Below the pieces are notes generated by a model. It was given only the letters and a program-made list of their open reading frames with translations, was not told where the DNA came from and searched no databases. A DNA stretch of 64,000 bases, taken from the IMG/VR virus record IMGVR_UViG_3300032007_001727; one strand, given 5' to 3'. Shown one piece after another: positions 28,995-39,533 of this stretch (position 1 is its first letter; each line of letters starts with the position of its first letter). The DNA comes from a virus (lineage: Duplodnaviria; Caudoviricetes). The translations under genes and the position numbers were made by a program.

Positions 28995-29328
28995 ATGACG
29001 AGGGAAGAATTCATAAAGAAAGCCCAAGAGGCTCACGGTGATAAATACGATTATTCGAAAATTCCAAGCGAACTGAAGGCAAGCGACAACGTTGTGATTG
29101 TTTGCCCCATTCATGGTGAATTCACACAGAATGCTAGGACACATTACAGAGGTCACGGTTGTCCAAACTGTAAGGCGGAAAAGACAAGACAATTCTTGAC
29201 ATTGACAACTGAGACCTTTCTGAAGAAGTATCATGATAAATTCGGTGATGAGTATGATACTTCATTGGTTGATTACAAAGATTTTGAGACAAAGGTTAAA
29301 ATGATTTGTCCAATTCATGGCGTATGGG
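28995..29328 (+). pseudogene. 5' fragment of a DUF723-repeat homing endonuclease interrupted by an IS607-like element
   Basis: HGDKYDYS/CPIHG repeats; joins in frame to 31437 (CPIHG-VWE-MTPH) when the element is removed. Confidence 0.85.
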
Positions 29329-29460
29329 ATTAACATCTGCTGAATGAAAAATATTCATTTATATCAAAAAATATTCAAAAATAAGTAAACTTTTTAAAAT
29401 TACGTGATATTTATATATGAATATTAAGATAAATAATAAAAGAATAAGTGAACTTATTTT

Positions 29461-29772
29461 ATGGATAAATTGTTATCACTGAAAGAAACAGAGAAATTGC
29501 TAAATGTAAGTAAATCCACATTACAACGATGGGATAATAGTGGGAAACTTAAAGCAATCAGAACAGAAGGTGGACATAGACGTTATAAGCAATCTGATAT
29601 AGATGAAATATTAAAAAACATAGACGGTGTTACATACGGTAATTTATATGAACATCTTTGTTCAGCGCAATATATAGCCGATGGTTTACATGATGATGAT
29701 GCTGATGCAATACTCGAAATACGAGAAAGAATAGGGCAAAAACTACTAAATCAATATAATAAAATGAGATAA
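29461..29772 (+). CDS. IS607 TnpA-like MerR-HTH protein lacking the serine recombinase domain
   Basis: LNVSKSTLQRWD..GKL...RTEGGHRRY; no YARVSS. Confidence 0.75.
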   Translation: MDKLLSLKETEKLLNVSKSTLQRWDNSGKLKAIRTEGGHRRYKQSDIDEILKNIDGVTYGNLYEHLCSAQYIADGLHDDDADAILEIRERIGQKLLNQYNKMR

Positions 29773-29787
29773 AAATCAAATTGAATA

Positions 29788-31428
29788 ATGCTTATTCAGA
29801 GTAAGTACACAAAGATATTCCATTCAAAGGACTTAACTCGTCAGAAATATGATGAGTTATATGACTTTGCTGTGCTTATTCGAAACCATAAAAACACAGT
29901 ATCACAATACGTCAACGACAATCTCTTACATTTCTTGGAATACAATAAATTTCAATTCCTTAAGGAAATGAGAGAACGTTTCAAGAATGTAATACCAAGT
30001 TCATTTGATGCACAACTCTATACACAAGTATTCACTTGCTATCAGAATAAATTTGATGGAATACAACGCAAACTGATATTTGAAGTAAAAACATTTAAAG
30101 GGTTTGAGTTCTACAAGCGTGATACAAAGAAGAATAAGAAAGGTGACTTAAAGAAAGTAATAGCCGAAAAGAAACAAACACCATTATCTAACTGCCTCAC
30201 TTATCTTGCAAGATACGGAAATGAAAACACAATAGACTATATAAGTAGTAATATAGATGTTTGTGATGAGAAGAAACGTGAGTTCTATAACAACATATTA
30301 AGATGCTGTAATAAATTCGGATTTGAACGGTTGTATCGATTAGCATTGAACAAAAGACAACGTGTTGTTAAGCATTATTCTGAATATCCTATTGAATTCA
30401 AGTCATTAACGTTCAATGGTAGGTGTAGGAAGAAAAGGATAATTGACTACAACAGAAAGTTTGACTCTGTTATCAATTCATTCATAAGCCTTAGTGGTAT
30501 TGGACGTAAATCATTTGATATACCGATTACATTCAACAAAGGTTGGCACGGAAATATGAAGGATTACAGAAAGAAGAATCCCGATTACGAATATACAATC
30601 ACTTTCAATGAGAAAGAACATCAAGTAAACATCCATTTATGCAAGGATGGAGAAAGGTATATTCCCCAAGCCAATGGCAATACAATAGGTATTGATGTCA
30701 ATTGCAAGCATAACTTATTCAGCCTATCAAATGAAGCAACTTACGATTATGATAGAAAACTCGTCAATGATTTCTGTAAATTATCACTTGAAATTGACAA
30801 ACTTAAAGAAAATGATAAAGAATACAAGGTCGGTAAGCGTAAACAGCAGAAACTTGATACTCTCAAATCCAAGATGATTAAGTCTGAGCAGCAACTTATT
30901 GCTGATATGTGCAAGACGTTACAATCGCAAGGTGTTGGGCATATTGTGATGGAAGACCTTGATAATGGTTTCGGTAAGTGCTATGTTAAAGACAAGGATA
31001 ATGAGGATATTAATTACAACAGAAAGGTTAAGTTTCTTGGCTTGAGTAGTCTTAAACAAGAAGTTGAGCATATTGCAAGAAAATATGATATTGCGGTTTC
31101 AACTGTTCAAGCAAGTTATACATCGAAGATGTGTCCTATGTGTGGATGTATTGAGGATGAGAACAGACCAAACCAAGAGACTTTTGAGTGTATTAAATGT
31201 GGACATAAAGATAATGCAGACTTTAATGCTGCAAAGAACATAAGGAACAGAGTGCTCGTAACCGTGTTACAAGATTTGCTCTTAAAACAAAAGGATAATG
31301 GTGCTTTTGAGCCTAAGAAACTTAAACGTGAGAAGGTAAAGGAGGTATTGTTATCGTTTCGAAGAAGCCTACAAAATGTAGGAAGTGAATGTACAGAAAG
31401 TAGTGTGACTACTTTTGACTATGTTTAA
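29788..31428 (+). CDS. tnpB: Large TnpB-family RNA-guided nuclease (546 aa)
   Basis: IGIDVN, VMEDL, YTSKMCPMCG...CIKCG, NADFNAAKNI; long atypical N-terminus. Confidence 0.85.
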   Translation: MLIQSKYTKIFHSKDLTRQKYDELYDFAVLIRNHKNTVSQYVNDNLLHFLEYNKFQFLKEMRERFKNVIPSSFDAQLYTQVFTCYQNKFDGIQRKLIFEVKTFKGFEFYKRDTKKNKKGDLKKVIAEKKQTPLSNCLTYLARYGNENTIDYISSNIDVCDEKKREFYNNILRCCNKFGFERLYRLALNKRQRVVKHYSEYPIEFKSLTFNGRCRKKRIIDYNRKFDSVINSFISLSGIGRKSFDIPITFNKGWHGNMKDYRKKNPDYEYTITFNEKEHQVNIHLCKDGERYIPQANGNTIGIDVNCKHNLFSLSNEATYDYDRKLVNDFCKLSLEIDKLKENDKEYKVGKRKQQKLDTLKSKMIKSEQQLIADMCKTLQSQGVGHIVMEDLDNGFGKCYVKDKDNEDINYNRKVKFLGLSSLKQEVEHIARKYDIAVSTVQASYTSKMCPMCGCIEDENRPNQETFECIKCGHKDNADFNAAKNIRNRVLVTVLQDLLLKQKDNGAFEPKKLKREKVKEVLLSFRRSLQNVGSECTESSVTTFDYV

Positions 31429-32992
31429 TTCTTCGGAAATGACACCGCATGATTTGATGCGTGGAAAGGGGTGCCCGGTTTGCGGCACGGAACAAGGACA
31501 CTTATCAAAGCGTCTTGAACGTGATGAGGTATTGAAGCGGGCGGAAGAGTTGCATGGTGGAAAATATCTCTATGATAGGTTTGTTTATACTAGAATGTGT
31601 GACAAGGGTATAATCACTTGTCCAATTCATGGTGATTTTAAACAGACCATGAGAAAGCATCTATCCGGTAGTGGATGCCCAAAATGCGGCTATGAAAGGA
31701 ATGCAGACACCTTCAGAATACCGATAGATAAAGTCATTGAGAAATGCGAGAAGGTTCACAATGGCAAATATCAATATTTAAAGGATTTTGACTATTTCAA
31801 TAATAAGACTCGTTTGCATATAGTTTGCCCAATTCATGGTGAGTTTTGGCAAGAGGCAATTGCTCACTTTCATGGTCAAGGATGCCCGGAGTGTGGTAGG
31901 GAAGAAGCAGCCCGTAAGTTACGAAAAGATAAAGAGCACATGATAAAAAGGGCAAGAATTGTGCACGGGGACAAATATTCGTATGATAATTTTGAGTATG
32001 TGAATTGGCACACAAAGGGACTTGTAACTTGTCCAAAACACGGTGATTTCTTGGTTACGCCACTTAATCATATTTCAAATAGAAGCGGATGCCCAAAATG
32101 CGCCCACCAAGTGTCAAAGTGGGAGAAAGATGTTGGTGATTTTATCTCATCCTTAGGAATTGAAGTTGAGCATTCCAATAGAAGTATCCTAGGTGGTAAG
32201 GAAATTGACATTTTTCTGCCACAATATAATATTGGTATTGAGTGTGATGGTTTAAGGTGGCACAATGAGTTATACACGAAGAAAAACTATCATTTGGACA
32301 AGACAAACGATTGTGCGGAAAAAGGAGTCAGACTAATTCATATTTTTGAAGATGAATGGAAGGACAAGGATTTTATTTGGAAATCAATGCTAAGGAATAT
32401 CTTTGGTATGGTAACAAATAGGGTTTATGCTAGGAAATGTCAGATTATGGAGGTATCAGCAAAGGATACTAGGGATTTCTTGGAAGGGAACCACATTCAA
32501 GGCTATGCAAACTCAAAATTCAACTATGGCCTATATTATGAGAATGAGTTGGTTTCAATAATGACTTTTGGTATTCCTAGAATTAACCTAGGTGGTAAAA
32601 AAGAACTTGGACACTATGAGTTGGTTAGGTTCTGTAATAGAATAAATACAAATGTGATTGGAGGGGCAAGTAAATTATTTTCTCATTTCGTAAAACTTAA
32701 CAATCCGGATGAAATTGTATCATACAGTGACAAGAGGTGGTCGCTTGGAAACTTGTATCAGACCTTAGGTTTTGAAAACACGCACGATTCAAAGCCGAAT
32801 TACTTCTATGTTTATAACTTTAAAAGGATGAATAGGTTCAGATTCCGCAAGTCATTGTTGATAAAGGAAGGTTTTGACGGTAACAAGACAGAACATGACA
32901 TAATGCTAGAGAGAGGAATATTCCGGATATATGATTGCGGAACCAAAGTTTGGAAATGGAAAAATATTCCAAGCGAACTGAAGGCAAATTAA
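31421..32992 (+). CDS. 3' part of the interrupted homing endonuclease: zinc repeats, PD-(D/E)XK domain and C-terminal GNAT/Mom-like (Hef-like) domain
   Basis: CPIHG repeats; EIDIFLP...IECDGLRWH; NHIQG...ELVRFC...GGASKL...SYSDKRWS.G.LY..LGF. Confidence 0.75.
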   Translation: MFNSSEMTPHDLMRGKGCPVCGTEQGHLSKRLERDEVLKRAEELHGGKYLYDRFVYTRMCDKGIITCPIHGDFKQTMRKHLSGSGCPKCGYERNADTFRIPIDKVIEKCEKVHNGKYQYLKDFDYFNNKTRLHIVCPIHGEFWQEAIAHFHGQGCPECGREEAARKLRKDKEHMIKRARIVHGDKYSYDNFEYVNWHTKGLVTCPKHGDFLVTPLNHISNRSGCPKCAHQVSKWEKDVGDFISSLGIEVEHSNRSILGGKEIDIFLPQYNIGIECDGLRWHNELYTKKNYHLDKTNDCAEKGVRLIHIFEDEWKDKDFIWKSMLRNIFGMVTNRVYARKCQIMEVSAKDTRDFLEGNHIQGYANSKFNYGLYYENELVSIMTFGIPRINLGGKKELGHYELVRFCNRINTNVIGGASKLFSHFVKLNNPDEIVSYSDKRWSLGNLYQTLGFENTHDSKPNYFYVYNFKRMNRFRFRKSLLIKEGFDGNKTEHDIMLERGIFRIYDCGTKVWKWKNIPSELKAN

Positions 32993-33039
32993 CACTTTCA
33001 AGATATTTATAGATAATAAATTTTTTTTGAAGAGTTAAT

Positions 33040-35589
33040 ATGTCAAGTTTACTTAGAGAAATATTAGAACGGATTGAGTTTGAGCGGTTAATCGAGGAAG
33101 GAAGGGACCCCGTAGAATTGCTTCATCATAAATTTCAAGATATTCCTAGTGACGTAATAGATAAGGTTATTGAAATTGACCCCACCAACAAGAAGAGTTA
33201 TTCACAGTGGCTTCTAAGCAAGTGGGATGATGAGAAGAATGTAATTTTAGACAATTTGGATAACGGTAGAATTGAGAAATTGTTTCAATACTATAAAAAC
33301 CGAAATGACATTCAGTTAAAGGACTGTCCTTCCGTGAAGATTGGGTTGGATACCTATATTCCGGAAGAAAATACCGTATTGGTAAAGAGTGACAAGGAAA
33401 CGACTGTTTTGATGAACAAGGGAATGGGTTGGACTGAGAGTGTTCCGTCGGAATTGGCAAACGACTTTGATGTTGTGTTCAATGAAGACAATTGGGTGAT
33501 AGCAGTTCCGCATACGTATGAAGCCGACTGCAAACTCGGTGAAAATACAAAGTGGTGCACCGCCGGAGGCAGAAGCGACTTCAGAGGCGGAAGAAGGTAT
33601 TATGACCATTATTTGGAAGATGACGGTGGCAGGTATTATGTGAATTTTGACATGGGGCAAGGTGAGACAAGATACGGCAAGGATTATCCGTTTACACGCT
33701 ATCAGTTCCATTTTGAAAGTAATCAGTTCATGGATTCAAACGATGACTCGGTCTCGCTCAGTGATATTGGAATGCCGGAAAGTGCAAAGGATTTTTACAT
33801 CAATGAAGGTTATTCCGAAGAGGACTTTGAGGATGAGGGAGCGAAATTCGAGCGATATGAGGAGCAGAGGGGTGATATTTCATATTTTTTAGCATACGGG
33901 TACTATCCGTTATATTTGTGCATTGAATATGATAATGATTATGAGTATCATGAGCCGGATGAAGACACGCCGTTTTTCTTATTCGGTGAGGATTCAAGAG
34001 ACCCAATATTGTATGAGGAAATATTGAATCCATGGGCACATGAAGATGCTGTTATATTAAAGAGTGAGAATATTTGTATCCTTAAAACGGCACATTTTGA
34101 CAAGTATGTTGTAGCGGTGAATAAGCACCCTTGGTGGGCTTGCGCCTTAAGCAACTATTTGGTGTTGCCTCAAAATATGGGTGTCATAGGGGTTGAGGGT
34201 TCTAATTATGCATTCATTTCTATGGGTGACTATACTTTATTTAAGCATCTTAATATTGGAACTTGTGAGAAGATATTTGTGAATGAGAATTGCACCAATG
34301 CCTATGGCGCTAAAAATAAGGTATTATTTGTTGAAGCCGTTGCGGACGGTTATCACACCCTTTTTATGGTGAGCAATGACAGTAGTGAGTGTGAGATTCT
34401 TATTAAGAAGGATATTCCGGTGAACGGAAACTCCTTTGAAATTAATGAAAAGGGTATGATTGATGGAAAGATACGCTCATATAGGGTATATTCGGATGAA
34501 GACTATGACGATGAATATGATGAGTGGAATTTTGAAACCGAACTGACCAATGGTGACTACCTTATTTCATATGACGATAAGTTTTATAACGTGTTAAAGC
34601 CAAAGACAAAGAAACTGTTGTCCCAAGAATGGTTTAATGGGTATATTTCTCAGAGTGGATATTTATATTGCTTCAAGAAAGGTGAGAAATTGGTGCTGAT
34701 AAACAAGGAAACCGGTGAACAAATTGGCGGCGAATATAAAAATTGTGTTGGTTTTGATGCGGAGCATGACATTGTTTTGGGTTATATGAATGACTATGAC
34801 TACGGGGCACTTGACATGATAGATGGACGCAAGAGTGCGGTTATAGGTACGTTCCACGAAATTATCAGCAGAAAGGCCAATAATAAGGTAATCGTATCCG
34901 ATGTTGAGACTTATACCACTAGGATATTTGACTATGTTGAGTGTAAATACTGTTTTCCGGAGTTAGGCGACTTTAGGAAAGTGTACGACTATCAGACAGT
35001 GCCACTGTTTTCTTGCCGTGTGTTAGATACAAATGAGTTGGTATTGTTTGACTTGAATCAGATGAAGATAGTTGCTAGTGAGTTAGAAAAGGTACAAGCA
35101 TTTGACAAACGAGAAAAAAATTTCATTATTTTGACCAAAACAAACGGAAAGGTTAATGTGTATAATGCAATGACATCAAGTGAAATATTGCCGTATGATG
35201 CGGATGCGGTCATTGGTGTGTCTAGTAATTATAACATAGTGGTTTTTGAAGCAAACGGGAAATCATACCCCTATAATTATAAGGATAAGCGTGTGTTGAT
35301 TAATCCGAACGGCTTAGGTGTTTATTGCCAAATATATGATAATGGTAATATAATTTGTGAGAAAGGTGACTATACGATAGTATTTAAACCGAATGAGAAT
35401 GGTGAGTATAATTTGGAATATTGGTATAATTCTTCCCGGATGACGGAAAGAGGCAGAACGTTCGACCGTCAAACAACACCGCAGGAAGTCCTTGTGATGT
35501 ACAGCCTAATATATGGGCAACAAGAAAGTTTTATTAGTGATTTCAAGAAATATATGAACAGAATAAATGAAGTAAGGAAATTAAGATAA
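33040..35589 (+). CDS. Large hypothetical protein (KWCTA motif, beta-repeat C-terminus), probable late/virion protein
   Basis: 849-aa ORF after TATTTATA. Confidence 0.7.
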   Translation: MSSLLREILERIEFERLIEEGRDPVELLHHKFQDIPSDVIDKVIEIDPTNKKSYSQWLLSKWDDEKNVILDNLDNGRIEKLFQYYKNRNDIQLKDCPSVKIGLDTYIPEENTVLVKSDKETTVLMNKGMGWTESVPSELANDFDVVFNEDNWVIAVPHTYEADCKLGENTKWCTAGGRSDFRGGRRYYDHYLEDDGGRYYVNFDMGQGETRYGKDYPFTRYQFHFESNQFMDSNDDSVSLSDIGMPESAKDFYINEGYSEEDFEDEGAKFERYEEQRGDISYFLAYGYYPLYLCIEYDNDYEYHEPDEDTPFFLFGEDSRDPILYEEILNPWAHEDAVILKSENICILKTAHFDKYVVAVNKHPWWACALSNYLVLPQNMGVIGVEGSNYAFISMGDYTLFKHLNIGTCEKIFVNENCTNAYGAKNKVLFVEAVADGYHTLFMVSNDSSECEILIKKDIPVNGNSFEINEKGMIDGKIRSYRVYSDEDYDDEYDEWNFETELTNGDYLISYDDKFYNVLKPKTKKLLSQEWFNGYISQSGYLYCFKKGEKLVLINKETGEQIGGEYKNCVGFDAEHDIVLGYMNDYDYGALDMIDGRKSAVIGTFHEIISRKANNKVIVSDVETYTTRIFDYVECKYCFPELGDFRKVYDYQTVPLFSCRVLDTNELVLFDLNQMKIVASELEKVQAFDKREKNFIILTKTNGKVNVYNAMTSSEILPYDADAVIGVSSNYNIVVFEANGKSYPYNYKDKRVLINPNGLGVYCQIYDNGNIICEKGDYTIVFKPNENGEYNLEYWYNSSRMTERGRTFDRQTTPQEVLVMYSLIYGQQESFISDFKKYMNRINEVRKLR

Positions 35590-35597
35590 TAAAATAA

Positions 35598-35625
35598 AAA
35601 ATGCAGTCAGAAATGGCTGCATTTT
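35598..35625. terminator. Bidirectional hairpin terminator (family of 3 near-identical copies)
   Basis: aaaatgcagtc-agaaat-ggctgcatttt; copies at 50676-50703 and 61675-61702. Confidence 0.75.
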
Positions 35626-35630
35626 ATGAT

Positions 35631-36959
35631 TTACTCATCTTCGTTTTTTGACTTTTCTTTGTTGGCATCATCTTGTGGAAGTTCTCCACTTCTTTGTTTC
35701 AATACCTTGTCAGAATAATTGTTAAGCCTAGTTCTAGTATCCTTATTGCGCATTGTCTCAAGTTCACCTTTACTGTACCAATTGCTTTTATTTCCCAATG
35801 ACATCACTCGCTTCATTTCAGACGTTGTGAAAAGATTCTTAAGACCGTTTGCTGCGACAACACCGTGATACCTTACATATATGGTATACTGTTTCCCGGT
35901 TTTGTTTTGGTTGAAACATACACCACACCTATCACATGTGGATTCGTCACTCTTGCAAGGACACTTATAAAAGTATTCAATCCCACCGTTTTTAAGTTGC
36001 TTTTGACCCAATATGGGCTGTCCGTTTTTAACTTGGTCACCACCGGTCAAGTTATCATATGTCTCATCATCGACTGCCTTAAACTCTCTAGGCAAATCGC
36101 CTCTCTCGTTGCCGTTCCCGTGGTGTGAGTAGTTAATGGCAATATTATCTGAGGCTTTTGAGAAGTCAAGGTTCCTAGCAGTATAGGCATGTGAGTTTAT
36201 TTGATACTTCATTTTCATCTTTTTGGCGAATTTTGACCACAAGTCAACAGCCAACTGACAATGGAAATCACCACTCTCGTTGAGTCTTATTTCAGTTATC
36301 TTGTTCTCGGAACACTGTACCCTCAGCAATCTTTTCTGTTCATCCGTCATCTTACCACCCAACTTATAATTCCACTTTTCCAACTCTTGTCTATACAAGT
36401 TCTCAGAATAGGCATTTCCAAGTTGTATGTACATTTCAAGCAACCTAAAGAAGTCTTTATATGGTTTTTTGTTTCCGTGTTGATACTGCTGAAGCATTTG
36501 AGTGTGTACCAAGTCTCGTTTGAAGTTATTGTTCAATACTGAACCTTGGTCAATTCTTGAATATTGGTTTTCATCCTTCATTGCATAGCAAGCACCGTTT
36601 GTTATCTTGCATAGCCCAAGAAAATAGGATGGACACATTAAGGCCGAGGACATATTGACAATAAGAACATTTGCCGGAAGTTTCTTGTTTCCGGCAGAGA
36701 ACATGTTTTTAGGTATCTGCATAAAATCACCCTTTGGTTTTAACTTGTTCATCTGTTTTTGCTTTTCACGGGTCATATCATATATTTTTTCGGATAATTC
36801 GCCGAACACCTCTTGATATAACTCCCTCTGCTTTTTGTCAATTGCCTTCCAAATAGCCTTCATGTTCGTACCATTTGTATTTCCCCTTTTTAGGGCAACA
36901 TTTTCGGCTTCAGCCAATATTAAAGCATTATATTGTTTATTTGTGATGCTGATTCTCAT
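35631..36959 (-). CDS. GP88-like cysteine-rich phage protein
   Basis: GNKKLP...CPS....C.....CYA, IRLNESGDF, AYT, CPC...C..C..C. Confidence 0.6.
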   Translation of the reverse strand: MRISITNKQYNALILAEAENVALKRGNTNGTNMKAIWKAIDKKQRELYQEVFGELSEKIYDMTREKQKQMNKLKPKGDFMQIPKNMFSAGNKKLPANVLIVNMSSALMCPSYFLGLCKITNGACYAMKDENQYSRIDQGSVLNNNFKRDLVHTQMLQQYQHGNKKPYKDFFRLLEMYIQLGNAYSENLYRQELEKWNYKLGGKMTDEQKRLLRVQCSENKITEIRLNESGDFHCQLAVDLWSKFAKKMKMKYQINSHAYTARNLDFSKASDNIAINYSHHGNGNERGDLPREFKAVDDETYDNLTGGDQVKNGQPILGQKQLKNGGIEYFYKCPCKSDESTCDRCGVCFNQNKTGKQYTIYVRYHGVVAANGLKNLFTTSEMKRVMSLGNKSNWYSKGELETMRNKDTRTRLNNYSDKVLKQRSGELPQDDANKEKSKNEDE

Positions 36960-37019
36960 GATAAAAAAAGACCTTTTTACAATAAATACAAATATTTTTG
37001 CATTTTTTCTTAAAATTAT

Positions 37020-37051
37020 TTTGTTATTTCAAATTTTTTTTGTACCTTTGC
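37020..37051 (+). promoter_or_regulatory. Bacteroidota -33/-7 promoter opening the accessory region
   Basis: TTTG 37020, TACCTTTG 37043. Confidence 0.75.
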
Positions 37052-37079
37052 ATTGTAAATCAATTAAAAACATTAAGAT

Positions 37080-37856
37080 ATGCTCACAAAGAAGGAAATA
37101 AGAGAGGAAATGGTAAGTGCATTTGCATTATACAAACACAAGGTTGAGGAACTAAAGGTCGGTAACGGGTATTACCTTTTCAACCTAGGTGACGAGAGTG
37201 TGATACACTTCAGACTAAAGGGGTGTAAGAAATGGCTCTTTGGACTATGGATTCTAAATGATGAAAAGGAAAACAAAACAACATTAAGACTCTTTGGCGA
37301 GCATGAGGACTATATCGACAAGTTTAAGCCAACTGCAACTGTATTGTCTGAGAGCGTTGAATTCAACAACGACTCAAGAAATGCCGACATCAAGGAGAAT
37401 ATTAAAGACTTGGTGTGGTCGTTGATTTATAACCAAGTGGACGTGATAAAGAGTTCCAATACCGTCGGAAAGTTGAAGTTTTATTACCACGGATTCAACC
37501 GTGGTCCCATTGCATGGCTGATTGAACAATGGTGGTCTTATAACTATAGCATCCCTTTCCGTAATTGGCTTAAGAGGAAGGGTAACAAGTATGTGTGCAT
37601 GCTAATATGCTTCATATTGAATATGATATATTGGAAAAGGCTAAAGGCATCTTATTCCAAGTTGAAGGACACATTCCACCCTTGCTATATTGTAAGGCTT
37701 GACTATAAGGAAGGTGTCGATGATGACCATATATATGAGGTGTATTATCATATACACGGAAATGTAGGCTTTGATAATGCCATACGGATTGAACACGTTC
37801 CGTTTGGCGAAAAAAGGGGAGTATGTTTTCGCAAAAAGGATGAAGATGATGAATAA
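37080..37856 (+). CDS. Hypothetical protein
   Basis: 258-aa ORF after promoter. Confidence 0.7.
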   Translation: MLTKKEIREEMVSAFALYKHKVEELKVGNGYYLFNLGDESVIHFRLKGCKKWLFGLWILNDEKENKTTLRLFGEHEDYIDKFKPTATVLSESVEFNNDSRNADIKENIKDLVWSLIYNQVDVIKSSNTVGKLKFYYHGFNRGPIAWLIEQWWSYNYSIPFRNWLKRKGNKYVCMLICFILNMIYWKRLKASYSKLKDTFHPCYIVRLDYKEGVDDDHIYEVYYHIHGNVGFDNAIRIEHVPFGEKRGVCFRKKDEDDE

Positions 37857-37865
37857 TAGGACGTA

Positions 37866-37948
37866 TTTCACATCTTTTAAGAAAAAAACTTTTGTCAGTT
37901 CAATTTTTTTCGGTACATTTACACCGTAAACCAATTAAAATAGAATTA
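37866..37948 (+). repeat. ~83-bp promoter/leader block, copy 1 (copy 2 at 47353-47435)
   Basis: tttcacat.ttttaagaaaaaaacttttgt.a.ttcaatttttttcggtacattt.ca.cgtaaacca.ttaaaatagaatta shared. Confidence 0.85.
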
Positions 37949-37950
37949 TT

Positions 37951-38109
37951 ATGTTCGATTACATTTTTAACCTTAAGGGATTTATTGACGAAATGATTTC
38001 CTCAATCTACGAGAATGAGAACCTTCCAACCGAAATCAAGGATAGTTGGGGTGAACTGAGTTTTGTGGTGAATATTGAACACCTCCATGATGAGGTCGTG
38101 GCTTGTTAA
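37951..38109 (+). CDS. Small acidic hypothetical protein, 52 aa (not in ORF track)
   Basis: MFDYIFNLKGFIDEMISSIYENE... immediately after the promoter block. Confidence 0.55.
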   Translation: MFDYIFNLKGFIDEMISSIYENENLPTEIKDSWGELSFVVNIEHLHDEVVAC

Positions 38110-38124
38110 AAAAAAGATATTGTC

Positions 38125-38382
38125 ATGAACAGAAACGAAGTTACAAATTTTGCAATATACAGCGCAGCATTGTTTGCTGCCGCTGCCAATAATCCCTATT
38201 TTGGTGTCGGTCAAAGACCTCAATATAAGCCTTCCATTAACAATCCGCAAGTTCAGAGAATGGCCGATTTCAATACACACCGCACCATTCTCCGTGAATT
38301 CTCCGTCCATGGCGTTAAGATAGAGGCAAGGTCAAAGAAGGACGCAATCAAGATTTATAATGCAACAAAGAGAAAGCAATGA
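38125..38382 (+). CDS. Hypothetical protein
   Basis: 85 aa; EFSVHGVKIEARSKKDAIK. Confidence 0.65.
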   Translation: MNRNEVTNFAIYSAALFAAAANNPYFGVGQRPQYKPSINNPQVQRMADFNTHRTILREFSVHGVKIEARSKKDAIKIYNATKRKQ

Positions 38383-38807
38383 CACAAGAAGAAAAACAAC
38401 TACTGTTGAAAGACCTCTGTGCGAGGTTGCCTTATGATTGTAATGTTACTATTGCTGAGGGTGGAATTGATGGACTGCAATGGCATAATGTAACATTGAA
38501 TTCCTATTTGCTTTATCAGATTGAAGAAGAAGATGGTTTGGAATATATTAAACCCTATCTCCGTCCGATGTCAAGTATGACTGAGGAAGAAAGAGAAGAG
38601 TGGGCAGATTTATTTAATTTAGAATTAGATAAATTAAACGAAATTGATGATGAAAATGAAGCAGAAGAACTTGCTCCTTATTATTTTGGAAAATCACATC
38701 AAGTTTCTATTGATTGGCTCAATGAACATTACTTCGATTATCGCGGACTTATTGAATTAGGTCTTGCATTAGAAGCACCCAAAGAAATGTATGAAATACA
38801 GAATTAG
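38379..38807 (+). CDS. Paralog family A (DLCARLPY...KPYLRPMSSMTEEE...DWLN..HFD.RGLIE.GLALEAP)
   Basis: Shares its termini with 39125, 40714 and 42333. Confidence 0.8.
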   Translation: MTQEEKQLLLKDLCARLPYDCNVTIAEGGIDGLQWHNVTLNSYLLYQIEEEDGLEYIKPYLRPMSSMTEEEREEWADLFNLELDKLNEIDDENEAEELAPYYFGKSHQVSIDWLNEHYFDYRGLIELGLALEAPKEMYEIQN

Positions 38808-38927
38808 GCGAGCAAAATATAAGGACGGAACAAGAACTCCTTGGTGGACAATAATAGTCTACAAAAATGGAAGACCTTTCGATGAATCAGATACACAATA
38901 TTCATCCTTTTGGACAATATTTAAAAT

Positions 38928-39128
38928 TTGGTTAAAAGCAACATTATTATGATATACAAAGAAATAGAACGAAACAAAATAGGTTTTTATTTCGAAGGAA
39001 GAGAAGTATCTTGGAACGACTTGCCTCTTTCGGTAAGGAAACACGATTATCCGTATTATTTTGATAAAGATGGAAATGATTGCTATCCGAATGTACAAGA
39101 CCCTAGATTAATTTATAATGTAAAATGA
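38928..39128 (+). CDS. Small hypothetical protein
   Basis: Co-oriented short ORF; start uncertain. Confidence 0.45.
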   Translation: MVKSNIIMIYKEIERNKIGFYFEGREVSWNDLPLSVRKHDYPYYFDKDGNDCYPNVQDPRLIYNVK

Positions 39129-39533
39129 CACAAAAAGAAAAAATCCCTATTACTCCAAGACCTTTGTGCAAGGTTGCCTTATGGAGTAAAAATCAGAATT
39201 AGAAACGATTATGTTAGGTTTCAAATCGAAGAACATGAACTTTGTGCTGAACACCTTGCTAATGTTTCTTATAATATAGAGAATTTAAGTATGCGGCCTT
39301 ACCTTCGTCCGATGTCAAGTATGACGGAGGAAGAGAAAAGGGAAATTTACGATTGGCTTGTAGAAAATGATATTGATTGGTTTGATTTTAGCCAACTCAG
39401 ACTTGATGAAATACTAATATCATTTGATAGTTCTTGGTTGCTTGTAGATTGGCTCAACAAGCATCAGTTTGACTTTCGTGGACTTATAGAGAAGGGACTT
39501 GCTCTTGAAGCACCAAAGGATATGTATAACTAA
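39125..39533 (+). pseudogene. Paralog family A copy with a +1 frameshift in an A6 tract (39138-39143)
   Basis: Removing one A gives MTQKEKSLLLQDLCARLPYG, in frame with 39174-39533. Confidence 0.75.

Larger units (their letters stand above)
29329..31436 (+). mobile_element. IS607-family element (truncated tnpA + tnpB) inserted at a GG dinucleotide
   Basis: GG at 29327-28 and 31435-36; removing the element restores the host ORF exactly. Confidence 0.85.

Noticed and set aside
29351-29361. Spacer 5 partial match to the IS607 left end; spacer zero 10-nt match near 41000
   Set aside because: Only 10-11 AT-rich bases, expected by chance
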